Shown here piece after piece: positions 29,683 through 41,617 of a stretch of DNA of 64,000 nucleotides. The number at the start of each line of letters is the position of its first letter. Positions within the stretch are counted from its first letter, which is position 1. The stretch comes from Octopus vulgaris (Eukaryota). The DNA lies in contig OX597815.1 of the NCBI GenBank assembly GCA_951406725.2, forward strand, positions 99,138,001-99,202,000, given 5' to 3'. Under the pieces are notes generated by a model. It was not told where the DNA came from, ran no database searches, and saw nothing but the letters and a program-made list of their open reading frames with translations. A program made the position numbers and the translations under genes.

Positions 29683-30008
29683 GAGACCCCCTCGGTCACG
29701 ACACTGACCATGGGATTGCACCTAGAAAGTTACCCTCCCAGGCACAAGCCCTGGCAAGGTTGTTTATGGAAGACCAGCAGTCGCCCATGCATACCGGCCT
29801 CCCCTACCCACGCCACCAGTGTTATCCAAGGGAAAGGCAAAGGCCGATACAGCTTGGCACCTGTGACGTCCCAACTCATTTCTACAGCTGAGTGAACTGG
29901 TGCAACGTGAAATAAAGTGTCTTGGTCAAGAATACCACACGCAGCCCAGTCCGGGATTCGAGCTCACAACTTCACGATCGTAAGCTCGACACTCTAAGCA
30001 CTGAGCCA
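29680..30008 (-). mobile_element. tRNA-derived CORE-like SINE (family D) inserted in (TA)n
   Basis: Minus strand: tggctcagtgcttagagtgtcg...gagctcgaatcccgg (A/B boxes), then tggtattcttgaccaagacactttatttcac...cactcagctgtagaaatgag (CORE-like). Confidence 0.8.
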
Positions 30009-30048
30009 TATATATGCGCACTCATCTATATATACATATATATATATG

Positions 30049-30086
<38 letters not shown>

Positions 30087-30129
30087 AATATATGTATTCA
30101 TACATATGCATGTATATATATGAGTTCAA

Positions 30130-30470
30130 TTCGTCTAAGTCGAAAGACGACTGTTGTTATGTCTTATTATTATTATTATCGTTTTTTTGTATTTATATTC
30201 GTATCATTTTTTTGTTTTCTGTATTTATATTCGTGTGTAACATCGTTCGTTTTTCTGTCCTTGTATCGTATACATTCGATCCTTTTTCCAAGAAATCTAA
30301 TGCTCGTGGCTTAGTTTTTCCTTGGGGCTGGCCAGATCGGAGCTATCTCAAGATTAATCAGCCGAAATTGCGAGGATGATCCGGTTCTTGACTGAAGATT
30401 AGAGGCTTCGAATGACCCGGTCGTGTTTTTACTATCGTCTATTCGAATGTTTTGCGTTCTTGTCCCATTT
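30130..30470. repeat. Unclassified interspersed repeat within TA microsatellite (possibly a Penelope-like terminal repeat)
   Basis: T-rich unique-looking island bounded by (TA)n; contains ctgaagat..cttcgaa. Confidence 0.3.
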
Positions 30471-30476
30471 TGTATG

Positions 30477-30524
<48 letters not shown>

Positions 30525-30566
30525 TGCATACATAAGTACATACATTCATATATGTACGTGTGTGAG

Positions 30567-30632
<66 letters not shown>

Positions 30633-30640
30633 TATATATA

Positions 30641-31363
30641 CACGAATGGTTACCGAAAAATAACCGGAAACGTTGTCTGTGGGACAAACCCGTTGTAGTT
30701 CAGACTTCCGTCGCTGGAATCCGCTTGATGCAACCTTCAGGAGTCAGTCCGCCGACCGGTGTCGTCTCCTGTAGTCCTACTGCCAAGTGGTGCGTTTTTA
30801 TTTTGCAACCCTTCTCTCCTGTTCGTCAAATTTTTCAGTGGCTGAAACGAAGGAACGTCGTGCTTCCGTGAAATTGTATTTTCTATTGAATAAAAACGGC
30901 GTCCGAAATAGTTGTCATTCTTCAAGTAATTTACTAGGACGCTGCCATAAACACAGCACAAGTTTATGAGAGGTTTCCATGCTTTAGGAATGGTCACTTT
31001 TCACTTGAAAACCAACTTCGTTTGCTCACGGAAGATCAAAAGCGTTCGCGACGGAATACGTACCGTGAACTGAAAGAACAGCTGGAAGTTGATCCCGATA
31101 TATTTTCGAAGGTCATCAGTGGTGATGACCTGGAGCTACGTAATCTGCAGATGTGGAAGAGGTGAAGGAAAAAACGACGGAAGCGTTAAAAGGCATCACT
31201 TCACCAGAGTTCCACCACTGCTTCGAAAAGTGGAAAACGCGTCTGGACCGATGCATTGCTTCAAGTGGAGAATATTTTGAAGACGATAAAAGTGTAAAGA
31301 TGTAAAACTAAATAGATAAAATAATATTACAACATTCCGGTTTCTTATGGGTATCCCCTCGTA
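30641..31363 (+). mobile_element. Internally deleted Tc1/mariner transposon
   Basis: Imperfect TIRs cacgaatggttaccgaaaaataaccggaa / rc tacgaggggatacccataagaaaccggaa with TA flanks. Transposase remnants ERRASVKLYFLL, LTEDQKR..RELKEQLEVDPDIFSKVISGDD and VEEVKEKTTEALKGI...KWKTRLDRCIASSGEYFE. Confidence 0.88.
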
Positions 31364-31489
31364 TATGTGTGTGAATGCGCGTGTGTACGTGTGTGTGTGT
31401 GTGTGAACATAAATATATAGTTCTTGCACGTCTGCATATGTGTTCTGTTATGTATGTATGTATGTATGTATGTATGTATGTTTACCTCA

Positions 31490-32131
31490 AGACACATGTC
31501 GTTGGATCTGCAGGCATCAGATCACTTAAATTAATGATCTTGAAAAATGTGATGGTCTGGCTACATTGTTCGAATGTCAGATGAACGCACACCGAAACAG
31601 TTGTTTTATAACGAACTTGCAATAGATCCAAAGGCCATAGAAACTCTTGCTTCAGATCGACCTTGTGTGGAGTGGAGTGAAAGCTTTTGAAGAAACCAGG
31701 ATGACCAATACGAAACTCAAAATAAACTTAAGAAAAATGCTACCATCAAGGAGAAAATTAATCCCCAAAATCATTTTGTGTGCCCAGTTTGTGACAGACC
31801 ATGCCTTTCTTTTGCTGGGCTTAAATCTCATTTGCGGACCTTTGAAAAACGAACCTCCACTAATCACTCTGCCTGTATATCTGTGCACATCGTCCAATGC
31901 CGTATATGCCGTAAGGTCTGCAAATCTAACGAAGACCCGAAAAGACATTTTAAGATCCGCAAACATCAGAACTTAACTGCAGCTCTTGGTGGTCCAAAGC
32001 AGATATACAATTTATATGGGTGTCTTTTCAAAACCTCGACTGGTTTAAAAAGCCACATCAGACACCATGATAGATTTAAGATGTAAGTACAAGGGGTGGT
32101 CAAACTCCGAATAAGGAGTAGACAACCACCG
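31490..32131 (+). mobile_element. RTE-clade LINE 3' fragment with C-terminal C2H2 zinc fingers
   Basis: WSGYIVRMSDERTPKQLFYNEL, then CPVCDRPCLSFAGLKSHLR, CRICRKVC...RHFKIRKH and a degenerate third finger. (TATG)n lies on both sides. Confidence 0.8.
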
Positions 32132-33125
32132 TGTATGTATGTATATACGTTTGTATGAATGAATGCATATATGTATATATTTATATATGTTTGTATGTAT
32201 ATGTATAGAAATAAAAAAGTGGGATGAAATAATCCGGGCAAATACTTTGTAAGCACTCTGTATTGATGAATCTTAGTATACTAAATTGACTAGTGAAAGG
32301 CATTGTAGTCCATGTACGCATTAAATTTACATTACGCTACCTGTCCACTTTGTAAACCCGAAGTAAATACACCAAACAGATTCGATATAAATTGTAGAAA
32401 ATGCGAAAGAATTATACTTTTTCTGATACCCTCGTATTATACAATTGTGCGATATAATAATCATGCATATTGATTGATCAATATTTAATTGATTAAGAGT
32501 TTGCAGATATCGAGAAATTTAACACCAATTTATCCTTATCAAAGTTTCACCACATTCGTTGGTATACAGAATAATTTAAGGAAGTTATATAGTACCAAAC
32601 ATGTGGCTAGTACAATGCGTATGTACCAGCAGGTTAAGTTATGGTATGGCAAAATTTCTACCGCTTTTAAACTGATAGTGACCCCTTCAAACGTATAAAA
32701 GATGCCTGCGTAAAGCTATTCATTAGAAATGATATTTAATACATTAATGGAAATGGAATGTTATATGATCAGTATTAATTTTGAATATAGACTTGAAAAT
32801 CAGGTTAGTTAGTGAGAATTACAAAGAAAATTAATCTATTTAGAAGAAATTGTTTTTCTTCAAGGAATATATATTTAAAATGTTTTTCTTAAAGGAATAA
32901 ATATTTAAAATAATTTTGATATGGTTAAGATAAGCTGCGGTAAAAAATAAATTAAAGTGAATTAGAAATAAATTACGATTAGGTAAAATTAAAAGCAAAA
33001 TAAATAAATTAAAAAGCAATGTAAAAATAATAACGATAAATATTTTAAAAATACACTAATGGAAAATTTTCAAGATTTGATGAGGATAATAATAGTAATA
33101 ATAATAAGAATAATAATAAGAGGAA

Positions 33126-33177
<52 letters not shown>

Positions 33178-33215
33178 TATGGTATGGCAAGTAGTGGCGG
33201 TGGTGGTGGTGATTT

Positions 33216-33258
<43 letters not shown>

Positions 33259-34001
33259 TATTTTTCTTCTTTTTCTTCTTCTGGCTGAAAGTACAATAGC
33301 AATAATATTTTGAAAGCTGGGTAAAAGATTTTGATGAACCAAATAATATCTCTTTTATGCTGAATAGCAGGCTCAGCCTATTATATTAAGGAGCACTAAT
33401 CAGTTGTCCATTCAGTATGGAAAGATTTAAACGTCCTTCTAAATAAGTGTGAACATCTTACCATTAATTCCTTTCTTTCATCTAATATGTCGCATTTAAA
33501 TGTATGTAATGCAGTTTTTCCTCGAAGCATACCACATTTTAATTTCACGCCATTATACTGTAGTACACTACATATAGACTACTTAATATCATACCTAACA
33601 TTCCTCTCCTTTAGACTGACACGAATTTACTTACAGTAGAGAAGTTTTTTCTTTTTCTAAATTTAGATAAAGAAGTGAAGTTTTCTTTTTTTTAAAATTT
33701 AAATGAAGAGACTTGATTATATATACTTAACTTAAAGTCAGTTGCGCAAACATCGATATTATAGTAAGTTCGTCCACTCATTGCTACTGAACATTTTATA
33801 CACCGTGTTCTATCTTATGTATTGGTTATCCAGTGGACATTTTAGACGAGTTTTATCTCAACATAAATGGTTAGTCGATGTTATTGAGAGATTTTTCTCC
33901 ATTGGAAGTAGATGTTTCAGATTTATTATGTATAGCCTTTGCTAGATTTTATTACTATTTTTCTTACTAATACTATTTTCATTAGCACAAGCATCATCAT
34001 C

Positions 34002-34056
<55 letters not shown>

Positions 34057-34084
34057 ACAGCAGCAGCTACAACAGTTGTAATAT

Positions 34085-34583
34085 TGAGGGCGAGGGCAGT
34101 GCAAACCATCAAAGTGACACTGAGGAAAAATATACAAAGCCCAGTACACTCATCATGACTACAAGGCCGATAAGGGTACACCAGGCACATGACTCACAAC
34201 CATATGTGCGCGATATGTGATCTCATACCGAGGTAAACGGCATATGATCTTGCAGGTGGGGGCCTCAGTGAGAATTTTCTCCTGGCTGAGTAGCCCATCC
34301 CGCCCAAAATAAGGGTTATTTAAGAATGTTTAACGAAAGAATTCCTCTCAACATATGGGTATGATGCTCCCCCACCACTTTTGCTCGTGATTAGAGATGC
34401 AGATATCGTTACCCTCCAAGAGACAAGCTCAACTGGTTTTGGTCAAGCAACTAACAAGCAAATCTGTGGTATTGAGCAGAATATTTGCTGTTGCCTATCT
34501 TTTATACCAAGACAAAACAATGTACATGATAGCACTTCCAATCAGTTAAGATCAGAAGCCACTGCCTGGTACTGCATCAGGGC

Positions 34584-34586
<3 letters not shown>
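34085..34586. repeat. Unclassified ~500 bp GC-richer element between (TAG)n and (TTA)n
   Basis: Sharp compositional boundaries at microsatellites and no open frame with known motifs. Confidence 0.4.
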
Positions 34587-34643
<57 letters not shown>

Positions 34644-34645
34644 CA

Positions 34646-36632
34646 TTCAGTAGTTTTATTTTCATAGCGTGCTTTCACTTCACTACCGAACGCAGCTCTG
34701 TGTGCCTTGGGTATGTGCTGTGATTTGTTGTGATGCTCTGATGGTTATTGTATGGAAAGTGTTCTGCGTAGGATGTGTGCAGTGCCTAGTAGTGCAATTT
34801 TCTGTATGTTATATGTGTTTGTAAGTCCTGGTGTTTTTGTTATGTATTTGTATGAATATTTTTTTATCATGCCTAATGCACCTACTATGATAGGAATTGT
34901 TTCTGTTTTCAGATTCCACATTCTAGTTACCTCTATTTCCAGGTCTTTGTATTTTGAGAGTTTCTCCATTTCTTTTAGAGACACGTTGTCATCAGCCGGT
35001 ATTGATACATCAATTAGAAAGCATTTTTTCCTTCATGGTCTCTGACAACTATATCTGGTCTGTTGGCCTTAATTTCTCTGTCTGTGTGTATCGGCATATC
35101 CCAGAGTATGGTTGCTTTCTCGTTTTCTGTAACCTTTTCTGGTGTGTGCCTATACCATCTTTTTTCTGTTGTTATTCCATAATGTTGGCATAGCTTCCAA
35201 TGTATGTAGGTTCCAACTCTGTCATGTCTGTGAATATATTCCTTCTTAGCCAGGACTGGGCAGCTAGAGATGATATGATTTATTGTTTCTTGTCCATCTC
35301 CACATATTCAGCAGTTACTTGTAATATTTCTTTTCATTACATGTTTTTGGTAATTTCTGGTGGGGAGGCTTTGGTCTTGTGCTGCAATTAAAAATCCCTC
35401 TGTTTCTGCTTTGAGTCCTGAGCTTCTCAACCATTGCTGGGATTTTTCTTTGTCTATTTCTTTTGCGTTTAGTTTAGTCCAGTATTTACCATGGAGGGGC
35501 TTTTCTTGCCATCGTTTTATCATGGTTCGTTGCTGTTCTATTTTTAGTTTGGATTTCATTTGTTTTATAGCTTTTGTTGTTTCTTCATCTTCTTCTTCTT
35601 CTTCCTGTTTATTAGGTGGTATGATTTCTTGTTTGTATTTGTCAGCTTCCTTAAATACTGAGAACAGTTATTTGTTTTGCTCGTGTTTTGCCGCTATCTG
35701 GATCAGTTTTCCTTCCTTCTGAAGTAGGTATTTTTGCAGTCCTATGGTGGTTATTTTATAGTAGTTTTCCAGCTGTATAAGGCCTCTACCACCTTCTATA
35801 CGTTGTATATATAGTCTTTCTATGTCAGATTTTGGGTGATGCATCCTAGATCCTGTCATTATTTTTCTTGTTTTCCTATCTATTTTGGTCAGTTCATTTC
35901 GTGTCCAGTTAAGAATATTGTAGCTGTAACTTATAACTGGGACAGCTAAAGTGTTGATACCTATTATCTTGTTTTTAGCATTGAGCTCTGTGTTTAGTAT
36001 TGATCTAACTCGTCTATAATATTCTTTTTTTATTTTCTCTTTCATTTGTGTGTGTTGTGTCTTATCTAGTTCATGGATTCCTAAGTATTTGTAAGTTTGG
36101 CTTTGGTCTAATTCTTTTATTTCATTGGTTTTATCTAGTGTGATGTTGTTACTCTTAACTAGTTTTCCTCTTTTCATGGTTACTTTGGCGCATTTTCTAA
36201 TCCAAATTTCATATCTATTTCTTTGGTAAATCCATGAACTGTCTTTAATAGTGTTTCCAGCTGTTTGTCATTTGCAGCGTACAGTTTTAGGTCATCCATA
36301 TATAAAAGGTGGCTGATCGTTTTGCCGTAACATTTATATCCGCATCCAGTTCTATTTAGCATATCAGATAGAGGTGACAGTGCCAAGCAGAAAAGGAGTG
36401 GAGAGAGCGTGTCTCACTGGAATATTCCTCTTCTAATGGGGATGTCTTTGGTTTTCATGAGTCCCTCTTTTGTTTGGAGGTGTAGTACTGTTTGCCATTT
36501 ATTCATAGAGTGCCCTATGAATTTTATGATTGTTGTTGCTACTTTGTTAATGGCTAGTGTTTCGAGGATCCATGTGTGGGGGATGCTATCAAACGCCTTT
36601 TTGTAGTCAATCCAGGCCATACTGAGGCCTTT
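34646..36632 (-). mobile_element. Dong family 2, young 5'-truncated copy (RT, CCHC, RLE, 3'UTR)
   Basis: AWIDYKKAFDSIPH, RRGIFQ, HLLYMDDLKL, YKYLG, EGGRGL, KPLHGKYW, ETEGFLIAAQDQ, RPDIVV, KYKDLEIE, LLGTAHILRRTL. Few frameshifts; (TAA)n at both ends. Confidence 0.95.
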
Positions 36633-36653
36633 CTTCTTCTTCTTCTTCTTCTT

Positions 36654-36790
<137 letters not shown>

Positions 36791-36835
36791 CATTATTATT
36801 ATTGTTATTATTATTATTATTATTATCATTATTAT

Positions 36836-36879
<44 letters not shown>

Positions 36880-36882
<3 letters not shown>

Positions 36883-36986
36883 TTATTATTGTTCATATAC
36901 ACTCAACAGATTATTATTATTTAAGACGCCACACAGTATCCAATATCATGGATCATTATTATTATCATTATTATTATTATTATTAA

Positions 36987-37040
<54 letters not shown>

Positions 37041-37159
37041 CATTATTATTATTACTACTACTACTACTACTATTATTGTTCATATACACTCAACAGATTA
37101 TAATTATTTAAGACGCCACACAGTATCCAATATCATGGATCATTATTATTAAATTATTA

Positions 37160-37238
<79 letters not shown>

Positions 37239-37247
37239 CATTAGTAT

Positions 37248-37289
<42 letters not shown>

Positions 37290-37345
37290 AACAACAACAA
37301 CTACTACTACTATTATTGTTCATATACGCTCAACAGATTACATTG
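36880..37345 (-). repeat. Array of short units separated by (TAA)/(TAG) microsatellites
   Basis: tgttcatatacactcaacagatta three times (~36889, ~37077, ~37317) and taagacgccacacagtatccaatatcatggatc twice (~36922, ~37109). Confidence 0.9.
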
Positions 37346-38180
37346 TTGGAAAAGAAAAGTATCTCAACATCGGGCTACAACAAGTTTTAGATGCCAAGAA
37401 CCCTCCTATTGGGCTACCACAAGTAACCTTAGATGCCAAGAACATTTGTAAATATCCTATCTGACTCTCATAACATTGCTTTCTGCAGCTGAACTAAATT
37501 GGGTTTTATGCCTGTTTCCACTACCCATGTGTTCAGATCTTTAGAGAGAGTTCCCAATGCCTCTATAACTACAAGGATACATTTTACCCATACTTTCCAT
37601 AGATTCTGTAATTCAATGGCTAGATACTTGTACTTTGATATTTTTTCTATATTTCCCATATTGATTTTTTCATCATTTGGGAATGTAAAGTTGCTTATCT
37701 GGCACTTTCTTTTCTCTTTATCTACTACTAATCAGGCCTTCTAGCTTATATTATTCTAGGACTTTACTAGGTTCATGTTCATACCATTTATCAGTATGTT
37801 CAAATCTTAGCTTTCTACATAGCTCCCAGTGGATTGCTCTCCCTAGATTGCCATGTTTTTTCTTGTATTCTTTCTGTGCCAGCATGCTACATTCACTTAC
37901 TATACGCGTAAATCGTTCCTTTTTTGATTTGCATAATGTACATTGAGAATCTAATTGGTTTTTGTCTATCTTGGCGTTTATCCAATTAGTCCTTAACGCT
38001 TGATCTTGTGCAGCTACTAACAAACTTTTTGTCTCCCTCTTCAGCTTTTCTTTCTGCAATCGTAACCATGTCTCACTACTACTCTTTGCTGAAATTATCT
38101 TTGGGAATCTAATATGCAACGCCTTCTTCTACCAGTCTGATAATCTCCGTTCTTTCTTTCTGGTTTTTAATTTCTGGGGT
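37317..38180 (-). mobile_element. Dong family 1 3' fragment
   Basis: AAQDQALRTNWINAKID...CTLC...IVSECSMLAQKEYKKKH..LGRAIHWELC, EKISKYKYLAIEL. The 3'UTR ggcatctaaggttacttgt...ttttcttttccaaca matches 22011-22065. Confidence 0.9.
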
Positions 38181-38184
38181 TTGC

Positions 38185-40797
38185 TCATATTACGTCTTTG
38201 CTCATTGTAGGCCGTGATTTCCACAGAACACCCAATGCATCATTCTTGCCATATTGTCAATGGCGCCTTCTGTATTCGTGTTGTGCCAATTTCAGGCATT
38301 AGCTAACGATGTACCATATCGTTTCACCTCTCTCACCACACATTCTGCGTTTGTCGCAATCGGTAGTGTTGTCTATTCTGCACATCATATAGTTAGTCCC
38401 TAGCAGTTGCTCCTGAGCTGCGTATATGAGTACCCTCTGTCTCTATCCTCAGGCCACTCCTCCTCATACATAGCCACCTGTCCTCTGTATCTGTATTGGC
38501 GTTCAGATCTCTTGCAAATGCTCGTGCATTTTTTTTCACATGTTTTTCTTTTTTGTGTTCATTTCTTGTTTAAATTTTTCTTCCGTTACACAATTTTCTA
38601 TTTTGATGACGCCGACCTTCTTCGTATGCTTCAACAATGGTTCCACGGCATTTTTATATACCACCTAGGCTGTTTTCTTCTTCGATATATTTCCGGCAAC
38701 TGATCAAACATCTCCCACCCTTTTTTTCTGAATATGTACAGCCTATCGACGTCACTCCTAGGATCGAAGGTTCTGTGTGCTGTCAACATTTTTCTGGTCT
38801 TGGTGTACATTAATTCCTCTCTTTTAACCTTTTATAATTCCCGCTCCATACCGAAGTGATGCTATCGCCCATATATTAACTGCTTGGATTTTATTCCATC
38901 TAGTCAATTTCGAGCGCAACACCAATCTCAGCCTTCGGAAATACTTCATCCTCAGTTGCTCTTTCATTTCTTTTTCCATTACTGACTCTAGTACACCAAG
39001 GTATTTGTAGCCTTCCATTTCAATTTGCTTAATCAAGTCTCTGTTCGGTAATTCTACCCCTGCTACGGACAGTACTTTGTCTGTTTTGGGGCAGATATTT
39101 GCGCTCTTATTGAGTCCAAATTCCATTCTAATATTAGCACTAAAACAGTGCATTTTGTTCACGAAGGAACTCACTTGTGTCTCATCCTTGCCAAAGAGTT
39201 TCAAATCATCCATGAAGAGGAGGTGGTTGATTGTTTGGGATTTTCCCTTTAGTTCGTACCCATGTTCATTTTCCTGAGTACCAAGGTTGCTGGTTGCTTC
39301 AAACTGAAGAGCCATTCAGCTGTAGTATTATGCTGTTCTCGCTTACTCCATTTCTTATCCCAGAAAAGTCGACTTCCATCAGCATCAGCGTCTAATCTTT
39401 CACGTTTTTATCATCTTTAATTTCTTAATAAAATCTTTTTTAGTCGGTTCTAAACATTATTTTTTGCCGGTATTGCTTAATCCGTTGTTCAAACCTAGTT
39501 ATCTTTGCTTTTTTTTTTTTTTTTTGTAAGTAGGCACAGTTTGAATTCTTCAATTACAACATTCAGGCCTTTTGTATCAACACCATACCTTTTCCTAACT
39601 CTTTCGAATTTCTATGCATTCTTAAGTTCTCCATTTCTTTTCCTGGCAAGTATTTACACTATACTGTTCAATGAGTTTATATCTTCAGAAATTCTCCTTT
39701 TCCACTAAGCTTGTTTATTTCCTCTTCTATCCGTCGCTGTTCTGTTCTCTGTAGTACTCAATATCATCCTATCTGCCACAATCCTAGTGGCAGCCTTGAT
39801 AAGAATATTTGTTTATGTGATATTCTTTGTTTCAATGTGTCTCAATACGTTATTGAGTTTACTCGTCTCTTGATTTAGTTTCTACTGGTTAGCCCTCCCG
39901 AAGTCGCACATAAATTCTGTCACTTCTGTATTTAATAGATCAAAAATCCTATCTATTATTAATCGTTCTTTATTCTTTGAGTGGTCACATATCTCAAGTC
40001 TTTCTCAATTCACGGTAGTATATGCTGGTGAACAATTGTCCACCTCTCCCACTATAGCACTTTCGTTTCTCGCATGTCCAGCATCACCCGATATCCTTCT
40101 TTTAATAGCTTCTGGCTCCAATTCTGTTAACTATCCATGTTTTCGTATTGCTCTTGCTTAGTCACATAATCTCTGTTCAGTAATTTCAAACATATCCATT
40201 GCTTTCCATTTACTGTGCATTCGTTTTCTGTACCCTCTGACAGGTATGCCATTCGCATCAATTAGGGTACTCCGGTAGTAACACTATAACCATCATGTTT
40301 ACTTGTTTACTCCACTTATGTCTTGTAACATGGCTATCAGTGGCTGAATTATTACCGGACCTACCCTACTGCACAGTGGATCACCTGTCGGGTGCGGCAC
40401 TTTGACCATTGGTTCCAGTCCCGTACACACCGTTATCGTTATCTATTTTGCTTGGCATTTTCACTCACATATGAGGTGTGTTTGTAGGTTACGACCTACG
40501 GGTATTTTTATCGAGACGCCATCTCTCTCAAGGTAGTCTGCCAAGGCAGCAGGGGCTTTGCTCCTCTGGTTTTGAACTCAGATTGATCTTTCTCCTAGTA
40601 TACTTGTCATCCAAGGCTAACGAGTACAGCCTACACGGAGCACTGGTTATTTGAAGGCACAGATACTCGTCTTTCCCCATTCTTCTCCTGTTGGTTTGGC
40701 GAAGGAGTCGAGCTTGGTTATCAGGGATACGTCTTGCGCTGAACACTGGGGCGTTTTATAAGTGATGGGCGCTCAACTTCCAACCACCCCGGCATTA
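38185..40797 (-). mobile_element. Dong family 3-like element with 5'UTR, internal deletions and no endonuclease end
   Basis: N-terminal KWSKQVN..CYYRS...GYRKRMH..W...TEQRLCD.ARAIRK; FWDKKWS..HNTTAEW; INHLLFMDDLKLFG; YKYLG; CRMC..GETIW..S.C..LAQ.EY.RRH. Confidence 0.85.
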
Positions 40798-41109
40798 ACA
40801 GAAAAGAATTGGGGGAAAATAAGAAGAGAGAGTGAAAGAGAGAGAGAATAGAAGAACAGAAAAAGAAAAGGAAAAGAGGATCAACTAAGGTGGGGAGGAA
40901 GCCAATTAAGACGGCAAGGTCACTATAATCCATGCAGATCGACAGGGCAAGTGGGTGGACTGCTTAAGAGTGGTTGTAAATACGGAAGTGAGGTAGATAT
41001 TGAACATAAAGGAAGATGGTGATGGGGTGGGTAGGACGGGCGCATCACCTCAGAGAGAAGGTGCCTACTGCAGCGCTTCTTGCTGCCATGAAGTAAAGAA
41101 TCTGTCGAG

Positions 41110-41548
41110 AAATAAATTAAAAGCTGCAGAGACATGTCATATATTTTTAGATGTATCCTTGTATTATATTAAGATCATGGCTTACGGTGTTTTGACTGGG
41201 ACTCTCTTGGTTGTAAATAAATATCTAGCAAGTTTTTTAACAGCAGCTGAAACTTGTGCTTTGCAGAGAGGGAGAAGCGGAGTGAGAGAAAGATAAGGAG
41301 AGAGAAGAGTGAGAGCAAGGAAGAGAGAGCGAGGAATAAATTAGAGAGAGAGAATGAGAATTTACCCCGTGGGGTAAAAGTTACTTTCGAGAACTTAATT
41401 AAATTCGAGGACGGGACAATTAAGTTCAAATCTACATTTAAGACACAGCAATAAATTAAATAAATTAAAAGTTGCAGAGACATGTCATATATTTTTTAGA
41501 TATATCTTTGTATTATATAAATATCATAACTTACGGTGTTTTGACTGT
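41110..41548. repeat. ~90 bp direct repeat pair flanking a ~260 bp purine-rich core
   Basis: aaataaattaaaag(c/t)tgcagagacatgtcatat...cttacggtgttttgactg at ~41110-41198 and ~41458-41548. Confidence 0.9.
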
Positions 41549-41558
41549 GTTGTTGTTA

Positions 41559-41589
<31 letters not shown>

Positions 41590-41617
41590 CATTTTTATTA
41601 TTATTATTATTATTTTA

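Noticed and set aside
29950-30008. tRNA gene
   Set aside because: It is the tRNA-like head of a SINE, continuing into CORE-like sequence with no complete cloverleaf.
31778-32086. Host C2H2 zinc-finger gene
   Set aside because: It lacks TGEKP linkers and is contiguous with an RTE C-terminus and 3' tail.
32848-32910. 31 bp tandem duplication; also small duplications at 18745/19515 and 19575/19640
   Set aside because: These are ordinary slippage duplications in AT-rich DNA.
35668-36177. Host gene from the 169 aa ORF
   Set aside because: It is part of a frameshifted, 5'-truncated Dong ORF.
36880-37345. CRISPR-like repeat/spacer appearance
   Set aside because: The spacers are microsatellites, the repeats are LINE termini, there are no cas genes, and the context is eukaryotic.
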